Positions 38,775 through 50,638 of a stretch of DNA of 64,000 nucleotides are shown here, piece after piece (position 1 is the first letter of the stretch; each line of letters begins with the position of its first letter). Position numbers and translations under genes: made by a program. The notes under the pieces are model-generated. The model did not search any database. It was not told the origin of the DNA and worked only from the letters and a program-made list of their open reading frames with translations. Origin of the DNA: Torpedo marmorata. Lineage: Eukaryota. The stretch spans positions 30,628,001 to 30,692,000 of the forward strand of contig OZ360224.1 in NCBI GenBank assembly GCA_977017645.1, in the 5' to 3' direction.

Positions 38775-39117
38775 GTTGATGAGTTTGAGGAACCAATGTC
38801 GTTTGAGTTCTACCTTTTCTATAACCAACTGCAGAAGAGAAAGAAAAAAGGCCCATCTTGTGCCCTCAAGAAAGTGAATACCTTGGAAATTAAGAATCGT
38901 GTTCAAGCACTGGATAGGGCCAGGGCAAAGCGGATTAAGACTAAAAATGGCTTTATGAAACAGACCAATTACCAAAATCTGTCTTTTACGAGAAGTAGAG
39001 AGCTTTAATGATAGACTTTCACTTTCTTTTGAATATTTACCCAATGTATTACTATGTTTGTTTTTTTCTTTATAATGGTAATTATTATTTTTAGATATAA
39101 TAATTAGGGGCCAATAT

Positions 39118-39528
39118 TGTAAGGGTTAAAATGAATTATAAGTTGCAAGCAGCTAGAATATTGTTTACGAATTCCATGAGTATGTCTCCATAGTAACAGT
39201 TTTTAGCCAAGGTCTTTTTTCTGCGTGTTTAATATAAACAAGTTAGTTTTGAATTTGCTTTTGTACTGTGTAGAACCAGAGCAAAATGAAGACGGTCCGG
39301 ATAATTTCTTTGACCGTTCGTTTGCAAGTATTAACGTATTAATATTTTATTGTCCGTTTTATTAACTGTTTTAAGTATAGTTTAATTGTTTTAATAGTTC
39401 TAATAAACAGTGAAAAACTCAATGCTACTTTAGAACGGACTATTCATTTAACGAGTCAAAAAATGACATCTGCATGCTGCCCAAGCGATTATAAAGGGAA
39501 ATAGTCATAAAGGGAAATTGTCGCTACA
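39118..39528 (+). repeat. 3' LTR of BEL copy 1
   Basis: TGT...ACA, preceded by the purine tract and followed by the TSD. Confidence 0.93.
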
Positions 39529-40958
39529 TGCAGTAAATTTTGAAGAGAATAAATAATTCAACCAAGTGCCAGTGATAAGAGTGAGAAAATGTTTTAGGTG
39601 ATAGATATGGTGCCAATCAAGCAAGATGGATATCAATCATCAAATGTCGGAAATGCACTCAAAAAGGTGTGTGAAGAGTATTTAATCTTGTCTCCTTGAG
39701 TTACAAACCTACGAGGAAGATGAACAATTTTAAGAAAATCTTCAGGAAGAGCAAATCCCCCCCCCTCAAATTAATTTGCAACTAAGTCTATGTAAATCAC
39801 CACAACCCACCCCCCCCCCCCCCACCCACCCTCCACCCAATTAAAGTTGCCCAAAGCTTCATATAGGTTTGTAGGCTTCTTAGGATGTCTGGTCATGAAG
39901 GTCATTCTGAGACCAAAGGATCCCCTTAATCTTTTGTTTGCAATTTCCCCAATTCAATTCTAATTTGCATTAAAAGAGGTCAAAATTCAGTTATATTATA
40001 AACTTTGAAGGATTTTCCCAGAATAATACTTGATGTTTAAATTTCAAAAAGGTCTCATTTTTTCCCCACTTATTGATGTTGATGAATTTAGCTCAAATAG
40101 AGTGGTATCAACAGTTTTTGCTAAGAATATAAAATATAGAAAATAGTTATAAAGTTTATAAATCAAATAAAAACCATTAAAGGCTTTGAACGTGAGTAAA
40201 ATACTTTTTAAAATGTAGATTCCCCATTTCAGAGCTCAAGAATCATTGTTCAAATCATTTTGGCTCAGATTCTATGCAAGACTTGTCCTGGAGTCAAATC
40301 CAAATGGTTATTCTCCATGTGTAGCACCTATCATTCAGTAAGTCCTTAACTGAGGGTGGGCAAATGCAAAACCCAGGATAACTTTTGTGCAATTGGTGAA
40401 CACCGGTGGTTCCCTTTGAAACAACGGCCAATGTGACTTAACCCATTATTTCCATTTCTCTTTCATCAGATTCTGTCTGACGTTTGGTGTTTCCATCAAT
40501 TTTGGTTTTGATTTCAGATTAGTAACTGATTCCTTGCTTTAGTTAGTAGTTATTACATTGGCATAAGACGTAGTCTGGAGGATTTGATCCAATTTTTTTT
40601 AAATAATATGTTTCTGTTGTTTCATTTATGCAACCCCACTGCTCTAACTTCTATTTATTCCTCTCCTGCATGACAAAAGTGTTTTAATTCAGTCTTTAAA
40701 ATACAGACACAAGTTACATCACCAAGCAGTGGAAACTTTAGTACTAGAGAGAGACTGGCTGAGTTCAGTCTATTTTGCTGAATAAAATAACTACTACCCT
40801 TTTTCCACTGCATAATGTAGAAACTTACATCAGAAAATTGTTGAGTTTTATGTGGATTCTGCAGCAGTCTCTGTAATTTGGAGCAAGAAGTAAGTCGGAC
40901 ACCATATTTATCAGCAGTTAGCCAGCTAGCTAGCCAGACCAGTAGTTAGAACTGGTAC

Positions 40959-41039
40959 CTGATATGACGATCTGCGGAACATCCAGTATGTTACCAAATG
41001 AAGCAGTTTTACGGTGGCCTCGTTTTGGCTTTGGGCGGG
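40959..41039 (-). CDS. MAP3K7: MAP3K7 81-nt cassette exon (mammalian exon 12)
   Basis: (A)[26 protein letters not shown]; ttttgcag acceptor, gtacca donor; symmetric phase 1-1. Confidence 0.96.
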
Positions 41040-41065
41040 CTGCAAAATACACACACACAGGTACG

Positions 41066-41185
41066 CATGCAACAAATAGCTAAAATAGATACGAAGCACG
41101 TTACAACTTGGAACAATGCCATTCTCCTCACAGAAACAAAAATTTTACATGGGTTCAGTTCATGCACCACACAAGGCACCATGCA
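41066..41185 (-). promoter_or_regulatory. Three TGCATG (RBFOX) motifs upstream of the cassette exon
   Basis: CATGCA on + strand at 41066-41071, 41161-41166 and 41180-41185. Confidence 0.75.
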
Positions 41186-41781
41186 AAAGCAAAAATGTTA
41201 CACTTCACCCAGACTTGTTGCACAGGAAAAAGCAAATAAAGCACAGTACAGCCAACTTCGTCGTGGTTTACAAGATATTTTACCCAATAAGCCTTTGAAA
41301 AGCACAATGCACATTCACACACCTTTAAAATGCTAAATTCAAATAGCAATGTGTAATCAACACAGTACAGTGTCAAATGTAACTACAGATATGGTTGAGA
41401 AATGAAACAAATTTGATGGAACAAGATTCCATAGAAAATGTCTCCCATGGCCAAGGAAGGGTGTGGAGGGAAGGGGAGAAAAAACCTCCCTCCCTCACTG
41501 CTATCCTTCCAAAGATTGTCTAGTTTTGGAGACAGCACTTAGATGCAATCAAATATTTTTTTGTAAACTGCTAGTGACATGAGCAAACATATTCCTGGCA
41601 CATCGATTTGTAAAAAGGCACAAAGCAACGGCAACTCCAAAACTAGCACACACAGGATTAATTGGTTTTAGCCTGACAGTTCAATCTTGAAAACAGTTAG
41701 CTTCAGAAACCAGTTCCAAAATTCATCTTTAAGGTTATTATTACTTTATATAATTCCCACCCGTTATTTGTAGATTTTTAC

Positions 41782-41947
41782 CTGTAGTAGCATTCATGAT
41801 TCTGGCCTCCAATTCAGAATAATTGCTGAGGTCAGCACTCAATCTCTTTTCCTCCAGTGTAGCAGCCGCTGATTGAGTTCGCCCTCCAGAAAGACTCTCC
41901 ACACTGCTCCCTCGAGACAGTGGCAGATTTAATCTTGTAGAGTCACC
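41782..41947 (-). CDS. MAP3K7: MAP3K7 coding exon (166 nt)
   Basis: GDSTRLNLPLSRGSSVESLSGGRTQSAAATLEEKRLSADLSNYSELEARIMNATT; ctaacag acceptor, gtaaaa donor. Confidence 0.95.
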
Positions 41948-42409
41948 CTGTTAGAACAACTAAATTTAAGCTGTGTGCTAAAGTGCAGTGTGTTTCTATT
42001 ATTTGCAAATTCTTCAGGAGTGGCATCCTTTGTGTTCACAATGAGCACAAAACTTTGCAAACATACTACTAATGACATCCATCGCAATACTAATTTCACT
42101 AGTCTCTACATAAAAAGGATGCTTTTCAGAAACCGAGCAGGCTTTTAATCAGTACAATACTCCCCTTTCAGTTAATCTTTCCTCTTAAGCTGTGTAATAC
42201 AGTACTCAGTCTCATTTTCAAGAAAAGTCACTGCTTACACATATGAATTTCCCGAGTTTGGAACCTGAGAAATATACAATTTAAAGGAAAGCATTTGCAG
42301 AAATGTTTGATGTGAGGAAATAATTTTAAACAAATTTTACTCACAGATTGGAAAGTTCGCACAATGTTACCAGAACAAAATGCACCAAAACTTTAGCTTC
42401 CTTCTTAAT

Positions 42410-42610
42410 CAGACTGTGTGGGTTTCTCCCCAAGCTCTTCAGTTTCTTTCTACCTCCCAAAGATATGCTTGCTGTAGGGTTAATTGGCTACGGTAATTAA
42501 CCCTAATGTAAGTGGCTGGTGTGGGAATAATATGCGAGAGAACAAGTTACAGAGCAATAAATCAGGACATGGAATTGATCTGGGAGCTGGCACTGACTTG
42601 ATAGATCTCA
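42410..42610 (+). mobile_element. Degenerate V-SINE remnant
   Basis: GACTGTGTGGGTTTCTCCCC..TTTCTTTCTACCTCCCAAAGA resembles the V-domain. Confidence 0.55.
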
Positions 42611-44689
42611 TTACATTCTATGTTGTAATGAAATAAGTAGATTTTGGGAACTGTGTAATTTTATGCTTTCACCTATCATTGGTCCATGATAATAGGTGTC
42701 TGCTTTTTGGAAGTCAGATAACAATTTTGAAACTGGTAAAATTCTGAAGTCATCACTAACAATAGATATGTTTCTGTTGCACTTGCCCCATTTTGCTTCT
42801 TTTTTTTTACCCTCAACGCTGTTTCTAGGCTGTTGAGACTGACTAAATCTTATTTCTTTATTGTAAGGATAGTCTCTCTCTTTCTCCCTCTGTCTCCCTG
42901 TCACACACACTCACATCATTGTGTTGATTTCCCTTCAATTTTCCCGAAATTTAATTGGTTGTGATATATCTTTTATGTATATTTATAGGAGACAGAAATG
43001 TATAGTAAAAATTTATGGTAAATTTGCTTTCGAATTTGTTTTGATCATTTAGAGAAGTGTGTACAGTTTTGGTCATATAGTATAGAAAGGATATTGAGCC
43101 AATTGAGAGGGTGGTGATAAGATTTACAAGGATAATACGAGAAATAAAAAAATACTGTTCAGAAAAAAAATGGACAGGGACTCTTTTCTCTTGTGGATTA
43201 ACATAATGGAAGGTTTAACAGGTCGGATATAAAGGGCACATTTTCACCTGTGGGGGTAAAACATAATAAAAGACTGTCAACGAGAGGTGGTTAACGAGAA
43301 ATCCAACAGTATTTGAAGACTTTTTCTAACCTGTGGAGTGGAGAGAATGTGGAACTCTCAAATCTGTATTTAAGAGGAGATTGAACAAAGATATGACAGG
43401 GGTCCAGAGAACTTGCACTGATTTATTTTTAATGAGGAAACATGGGAGAAGACAGAGAGGGTAAATACCAGCATTGATTAGTTGGAATGAAAGGACATAG
43501 TGTGAAAATAAATATTCTTAACTGTAAAACTGTACAACTCTTAAGTTAGCAGTTCTCTTGGATTGATATCATTTTATTTAATGTTTTTTTGCTCAGTTGT
43601 TTTAGCTGCTTATGTACGTATATAAAGCAAGATCATCATATTTCACAATGGATTAATAGTTTTGCTTCAAGACAGTTTTATATTTTGACATACTTTACCA
43701 CAATACTTGTGGCATTTGCTTTTTTTGAAATTATTCCACAGGTTTATCCTTTTAAATAATGACAGGCACATGATAGTCTGTCTAATTTTACCTCTTCACA
43801 TTTGGCTCCCTTGCCCTTACCTTTTCAACATAAAGATGTAATAATCTTGGTTTAGTCAATCTATTTTACACTTATCCAAAGCCCACTGGCTCTTTGAGCT
43901 TGCTATGGGCACACCCTATAGGAGGCCGACAAAACCTATCTTGCTTATCTATGGTAGCCATATAATATCTTCAGGGAGATGAAAAGACAAATAAGAACTT
44001 CTGTCAATTAACAATCTCTATTATTTTGCTTCAACTCCAAACAAAATCAAACAACTTCCAGGAAACTGCAGGGATTTTCCATTTCGGTTGCTTAGTCATA
44101 AAATCCAGACGTTTGTTTATGGAAGTTTCCACAACAAAAGAGATCCAACATAATTAAAGTTTTAGAAAACAACAGGAAAGCGAACATCATACGTATCCCA
44201 TTTGTCTCATTTTATGATTTAATGAAATGCCGAGCAAACTGCTAAAATAACACCTGGCATACAAAAGATTAACTTTATGAGTTATTTCCATACAACCCTT
44301 TGTGGAGATGATTTAGCAAAATGTACATCTTCACAAAAACATTTTTGAGGAAAAATATCAAATAATTATAAAATACTGGCAAGCTGGAACAGAAACAGTA
44401 AATCGAAAATAAAATGATGACAAATTGGCACAAAGAGGATGTTGCAATTGTGATGTGCATTTAAATCATGACCAGGCTGATGATAAAATGAATCCTCCTT
44501 GCTAATAATCGAGATTCCATGCGATTTGAGTTTAGACAGTCTGCATCCAAAATTCAGAGGAGAGATGACTACAATTGAAGGGACAGTGAAAAGATGGCAT
44601 TGTGCAAAATGAAACAGTCGCAATATTTTTAGGAAGTATATAGCGTTAAGACACAGTGGATAGAACATTACAAGGAACTTTTCCTTGAA

Positions 44690-45480
44690 AATAGAAATGT
44701 ACAGTGCAGGAACAGTCCCTTCGGCCCATCATGTATGTGCTGGCTAAAGATGGTAACCAAAGCTAATCCCATCTTGCTGCACATGGTCTCTTCCTCTCTT
44801 CATTCCCTGTCTATTCATGTGTCTGCAAAAATGCCTCTGAAGCATCACAATCATATCTGCTTCCACTAACTCCCCAGACAGTGAATTCCAGGCATTTTCC
44901 ACTTTGTAAAAAAAAAATTGCCTTGCACATCTGTAAACTTTCCTCCTCTCAGTGTAAACCTATGCCCTCTAGTATTTGACCTTTCTATCCTGTGAAAATG
45001 ACTCTGATTATCCACCTCTCCTAATTTTATGTACTTCTATAAAGTTGCGCCTCAGTCTCTGATGCTCCAGAAAAAAAAAGTTTGTCCTTCCTCGCCTTCT
45101 AGCTAATGCACTCCAATATGTAACAGAAGCTAAAATTTTTCTTCCTAAATGTTTATTTCACCAGCATGCTAGTTTTCAGAGACATATAAAAGAACTCCTA
45201 GGTCCCTTTGAGCATCAACATGTTTGTCCAATCTTTTCAAACAGCTAATGCACTGCATTCTAAGCAGCAACCTGGCAAAATTCTTCTGCATCCTCTCCAA
45301 AGCCTCCATATTCTTCTTACAGTGCAGCGACCAGAACCACACGTCAAACATGGCCTATCTAAAGATTTTGTACAGCTTAAAAATGACTTTCCAACTTTTA
45401 TACTGAATGCCTTGACCGATGAAGACAAACATGATGCATGCATTCTTTATCTCCCCCATCCACTTGTGTTGCTGACATCC
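44690..45480 (-). mobile_element. Degenerate CR1 3' fragments
   Basis: ALERMQKNFARLL and QRDLGV remnants; CR1-like 3' UTR near 44690-44800. Confidence 0.7.
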
Positions 45481-45509
45481 ATCTAGCATGCTGAAAGTGA
45501 GGAAAGATA

Positions 45510-45779
45510 TAAATTAAAATTTTAAATGAAATTTAAATTAAATTTAGGTAACAGGCCATTTCAGCCCATGAGTCCGTGCCGCCCAATTTACACCCAATTA
45601 ACCTACAACCCCCGGTACGTTTCAAACGGTGGGAGGAAACCGGAGCTCCCGCGGAAAACCCACGCAGACATGGGGAGAACGTACAAACTCCTTACAGACA
45701 GCGCGGGTTTCGAACCCAGGTCCCGATCGCTGGCGCTGTAAAGGCATTGCGCTAACCGCTATGCCAACCGTTCCGCCCA
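45510..45779 (-). mobile_element. Full-length tRNA-derived V-SINE (HE1-like)
   Basis: Box A TGGCATAGCGG, box B GGTTCGAAACC, V-domain core, CR1-like 3' end and (TAAATT)n tail. Confidence 0.92.
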
Positions 45780-45991
45780 CAATGTTCTAAGTCACAACAT
45801 TAACAACTCTCGTCAGAACCAGTGAGAGGAAATAGTGTAGCAACAGTAGAGAGGAAATTTTTTTTTAAAGTTGGCTCTGCAGCATATATTAAAATTCATA
45901 CTTAATTAAAAGTTAAAGAAAATTACGTTAAAACAAACAGAGACCATTCAATTTAGGTAAAATAATGCCATGCACAGAATAATTTACTCAC

Positions 45992-46143
45992 TGATTGTTT
46001 AGATGAAAGTTTTAGTGACTGGGCCAACTTTGATTCTAAACGCTTGATTGTGTCGTTGGTAGTATTTGCATGCATGTCACCAGGTTCTGCATTGGCATCA
46101 CTCTTGTTACTGGTATTTGTAGAGGTATTTTCCAAGAAAGATC
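45992..46143 (-). CDS. MAP3K7: MAP3K7 coding exon (152 nt), the most 5' exon found in this window
   Basis: (G)SFLENTSTNTSNKSDANAEPGDMHANTTNDTIKRLESKLAQSLKLSSKQS; ctctttgttag acceptor, gtgagt donor. Confidence 0.95.
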
Positions 46144-48016
46144 CTAACAAAGAGATGGCATAATTTATCTGTTGTTTCTAAAGAGGCCTTTCTTGTGACC
46201 ACAAAGTAATTATTAAAAGCATTTATTTAATGCTTTAAAGAGGGTTTAGATAAAAATAACAAAGAACTCACTTATGATAGGCATCAAAGTTGTTTACAAA
46301 ATACCCAATTAACTGAAGTATGCCACTTTCAATTTAAATAAACTAAAACTATAAATTATTTTCTAAAAATTAAGTATACAAACATAAATCTTACTTTCTG
46401 GCTAAACGTAAAAGACAATCATAATCTAAACAATAGTATTCAATACAGCACTATTGTTTTCCTTTTTAATATTTTTATTGATTTTACACAAATAAACATA
46501 CATGCACAAAACATTTATGGAATGCACAATAATAATGACAAATTACATAACTCAATAAAATATAAAAGCACATTTAGCGCACCTATAATACAAAAGTACA
46601 TCAAAAAGAAAATTTTATCACGTATAGGCGTGACTCTAAACCCCATCCCCAAACCAACGTAGTATGATTAAAGAAAAATTGTACTTGGTTCCTGAAATAA
46701 AACGGCAAAATACTGAAATTCGGGATTAATATTATGCCTAGATGTTATGGAAATAATTCAGGAATGGTCCCCACAACATTTGAAACCTTATATTTGAGTT
46801 ATTAAATGAGTAAGGGATCTTTTCTAAATCTAAACAGGACATAATGTCCCTCAGCCACTGAGCATGAGTGGGCAGGGCAGCATCCTTCCATCAAAACAGT
46901 ATCGCACATCTGGCCAAAAGAGAGGCAAAAGACAGAGTACGACATTTGATTGGAGTTAAAAGAACATAATCCTCTCCAGTTGCACCAAAAAGAGCAACCA
47001 AAGGATTGGGCTCTAGATTTACATTAAGGATTAAAGATAAAAGTTTGAAACACATCCCTCCAGTATTTTTCAAGGCTAGGACACGTCCAGAACATATGAA
47101 TTAAAGAAGCCTCTCCTCTCTTACATTTATCACAACAAGAGTTTACATCTGAATAGATACGAGATAATTTGACATTAGACATATGTACAACTTTAAATTG
47201 TAACAAACAATGACGAGCACAAAAGGATGTAGTATTAACCATCTTAAAAATTAAATCCCAAACTTTGTCCGATAATGAAAGGTTTAAATCCTGTTCCCAG
47301 GCATTTTTAATTTTAACTAGGGGGGCATGTCTCAAACCCACCAACTTAACATAGATGATGGATATTAAACCTTTGCGAGAATGTTGTAAACTAAAAAATA
47401 CACCAACAATGTTCGCATCAGGTGCCCCAGGAAAATCAGGTATCTGAGATTGAAGAAAATGCCTGATTTGCAGATATCTGAAAAAATGAGTATTTCGTAA
47501 ATTAAACTGTTCAGAAAGCTGTTCAAATGACGCAAAGCTGTTATCAATAAAAATATCTTTGAAACATTCAATACCCAATCTATGCCATTCATGAAAAACA
47601 AGATCATGCAAAGAAGGTTGAAAAAGATGATTGGATAAAATAGGGCTTGAAAGAGAAAAACCATGAAGTCCAAAGTGTTTTCTGAACTGCACCCACACTC
47701 TCACAGTGTGCCTAACAACAGGATTACCAATTGATTTATTTGAAGAGAAGGGAAGTGAGGATCCAAGAAGTGCTGAAATGGAAAAGTTTTTAGCAGAGTT
47801 CAGCTCCATTGCTACCCATGTTGGACAGTCCACTCGGTTATGAAAATGTAACCAAAACATAAGGTTGCGTATATTGACCACCCAATAATAAAATCTGAAA
47901 TTAGGTAGCGCCATGCCTCCGTTCCTTTTAGATTTTTGAAGATGAACTTTATTTAGACGAGGGGAATGATTGAAAAAGATATAAAAATTTAGGTAAGATA
48001 TTCATTTTAATAGAGT

Positions 48017-48835
48017 TAAGATTCAAGATTCAATTTATTGTCATGCAATAAAACAGTGTCATATTACATGAAATTGCTTTTGCCTGCTGTAAAGCAGACA
48101 GATTCGCCATCGGCAGAAATTGCCTGAAGCGCCTCTTACAGTCAGAGAAAGAGAAACAAAAGAGAGTCCCCCCAGAGTCACCCAGTGTCCGTAGAATCGC
48201 CTCCAGCGCTTTCGCAGCCACACAGAGTCCAGTCCAAACCATTGGCAACCCGAGCTCCAGATCCAAACCTCTGACACGGTTAGGAACCCTTCAGCACCTT
48301 CGGCACCCCCTCGCATCCCGGTTCCGATATCTGGTTCTCCTTCAGCCAGTTCGAGCCAGTCTCCAGCAGTCCGGCGCGAGTCTCCCAACAGCAGTCTCCA
48401 GCAGCCCACAGCCTCCGTGGGTTCCTCGCCTCGAGTCGCCAGCAGCCCGCCGCATGCATTGGTCTTTCAGCTGCAGAGCCCCCTCACTGGTCCGCCGCCG
48501 TGATCACCGTCCTGTGGGTCGTCTCCTCTGCTTCTCAGACGGGGGATGGTCTCCCCGTTTTCTGGTGCCCTGCACCAGTCCTCCGCTCCGCTGGAGTCTG
48601 CAACCCCTCGTGGCTGCTGCCGATCAGAGGCCCTGCCATCTTGGGCGCAGACCCCGCGGTCGCGGGATTTTAAATAAAACTACCGTCGGCTCCTTCAAAG
48701 CCTGTGTGGAGCTGACGGCAGTTGACTGGGCGGTTGGACCCCGCGGGAGCGCTGTATCTCCGCTCCCCGCTCTCCGCGGGTCCGCACCAGCGGCAGCGCT
48801 GCTGTTACAGTGGCTCCGGCAGCGCCGCCATTTTT
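48017..48835 (-). mobile_element. GC-rich non-autonomous retroposon nested in L1 ORF2
   Basis: 5' end AAAATGGCGGCG; 3' GACAATAAA(TTGAATC)n; L1 sequence resumes on both sides. Confidence 0.88.
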
Positions 48836-48989
48836 CAATACGACCGACGAAAGATGTAGAAAGGGGCAACTATTGCGTTAAAGAATGTTTCACATGATTT
48901 AATAATGTAAGAACATTTTCTTTAAAAAGATACTTATGATTCTTTGTAACTGTAATACTGAGAGTGTTAAATTGATTTTCCACAATCTT

Positions 48990-50638
48990 TTAAAAAAAAA
49001 ATATTTTATTTAAAATTTTTAAATCACACATTACATAGTTTAAAATGCAAAATTATCAAATTACATGTGATACATTTTCACCCCCCCTCCCTCCCCTCCC
49101 CTCCCTAACCCTCCCGAAAAAAAGAAAGAAGAAAAGGATAAAGTAAGGAGAATGTCACTCTAAACAAAACAACTATAAACTAATTTCATTGTGGAGCACA
49201 GGTTCGCCAGTCAGATCCAATATCCGGAGATCTTCAAATCCTTAAACCGACAGTTTTTATATATGGGCTCCATATTTTCAAGAAGAAATTATATTTATTA
49301 CGTAAATTATAAGTAATTTTTTCAAGTGGTATACATGAACGCAATTCTGCATGCCATCTTTCTAACCCTAAATCTACATCAGATTTCCATGTAATAGCAA
49401 TGCATTTCTTAGAAACAGCTAAAGCAATACGTAAAAATTCTGTTTGATAAATATTTAATTTCATTTTAACACTGATTCTTTTAATATCTCCAAACAAAAA
49501 TATCATAGGATCCATTGGGAGTGTAATTCTTAATACTTTATCAAAAAACTTTTTAACTTTCAACCAAAAATCATATATCTTTGGACAAAACCATGTAGAA
49601 TGTACAAAAGAACCTTCCTCTCTATTACATCTAAAACACAAGCCGGATAATGTTGGATTAAATTTCTTTAATTTTTTTAGTGTTAAATATAATTGATGAA
49701 AAAAGTTATATTGCACCAATCTATATCTAACATTAATAATCTTCGTCACACTTTGTTTACATAATTCTTTCCAATGTTCTTCATCTATTGTTACGTTCAA
49801 ATCTGTTTCCCAATTTAATCTTGATTTATGAATTCCTGGTTTAGGCATTTTCCTCTGTAACAATCTATACATTTGAGAAATAAATTTATTAACACCTCCA
49901 TTAGTAACTAATAATTCCAATTCACTCTGTCTTGGTAAAGTCAAACTATAGCCCAACCTTTCAACTAAAAATGCTCTGATTTGATAATAAGCAAAAATTG
50001 TATTATTTGATATATTAAACTTATCTTTCATTCTTTGAAAAGTAATAAATTTACTAGCTTCAAAACAATCATTTATTTTCTTAATTCCCTTTTGGAACCA
50101 AATTTTAAATAATTGATTATCAACAGTAAATGGAATAAGTTTATTTTGATACAGAGGCATTTTTCGAGAAATTGATCCTTTCGCTCCTATCTCTCTATTC
50201 CATATTTCTAACAAATGTCTAAAAATAGGAGAATTTTTCCCTCTTGTTAATAATAATTTAGAATTCCATTTATAAATAACTTCTTCTTTCAAATCTTCTC
50301 CTATATTATTTAATTCTATTCTAATCCAAGCAGAAAATTTTCCTAAATCAAACATTTCGTTAATAAATTTTAATTGGGCTGCTTTATAATAATATTGAAA
50401 ATTAGGAAGTTGTAAACCACCCATTTCATAATTCCAAATTAATTTCTCCATACCTACTCTAGCCAACTTTCCTTTCCACAAGAATTTCCTAATAATTAAA
50501 TTTAAATCTTTAAAACATTTTTGAGGAATTTCATAAGGAATTGATTGAAAAAGATATTGAATTCTCGGAAAAACATTCATTTTAATACAATTTACCCTTC
50601 CCATTAAAGTTATAGGTAAATCCTTCCAACTCTCCAGA
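48990..50638 (-). mobile_element. Second L1 family, 5'-truncated, nested in the host L1
   Basis: 13-bp TSD TTTCCACAATCTT (48977-48989, 50639-50651); open 456-aa ORF2 C-terminus with CFRC..H..C. Confidence 0.93.

Larger units (their letters stand above)
31072..39528 (+). mobile_element. BEL/Pao LTR retrotransposon copy 1, non-autonomous (gag-protease plus captured cargo; no RT, RNaseH or integrase core)
   Basis: Paired LTRs 31072-31465 and 39118-39528; 5-bp TSD TGCAG (31067-31071, 39529-39533); PPT-like AATTAGGGGCC; gag motifs IGPSDSAS, F.GDPLEF (DUF1759-like), C-x2-C..H..C knuckles; protease LDPGS. Confidence 0.93.

Noticed and set aside
38064-39008. 314-aa ORF as a genuine MIPOL1 gene or an independent host gene
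   Set aside because: Intronless, partial, order-permuted, and enclosed between LTRs with a TSD; treated as captured cargo, so no gene symbol is given
40998-41336. 112-aa + strand ORF overlapping the cassette exon
   Set aside because: No recognisable protein; antisense to a conserved exon and its splice signals
45700-45779. tRNA gene
   Set aside because: Has A and B boxes but continues into the V-SINE body; it is a SINE head
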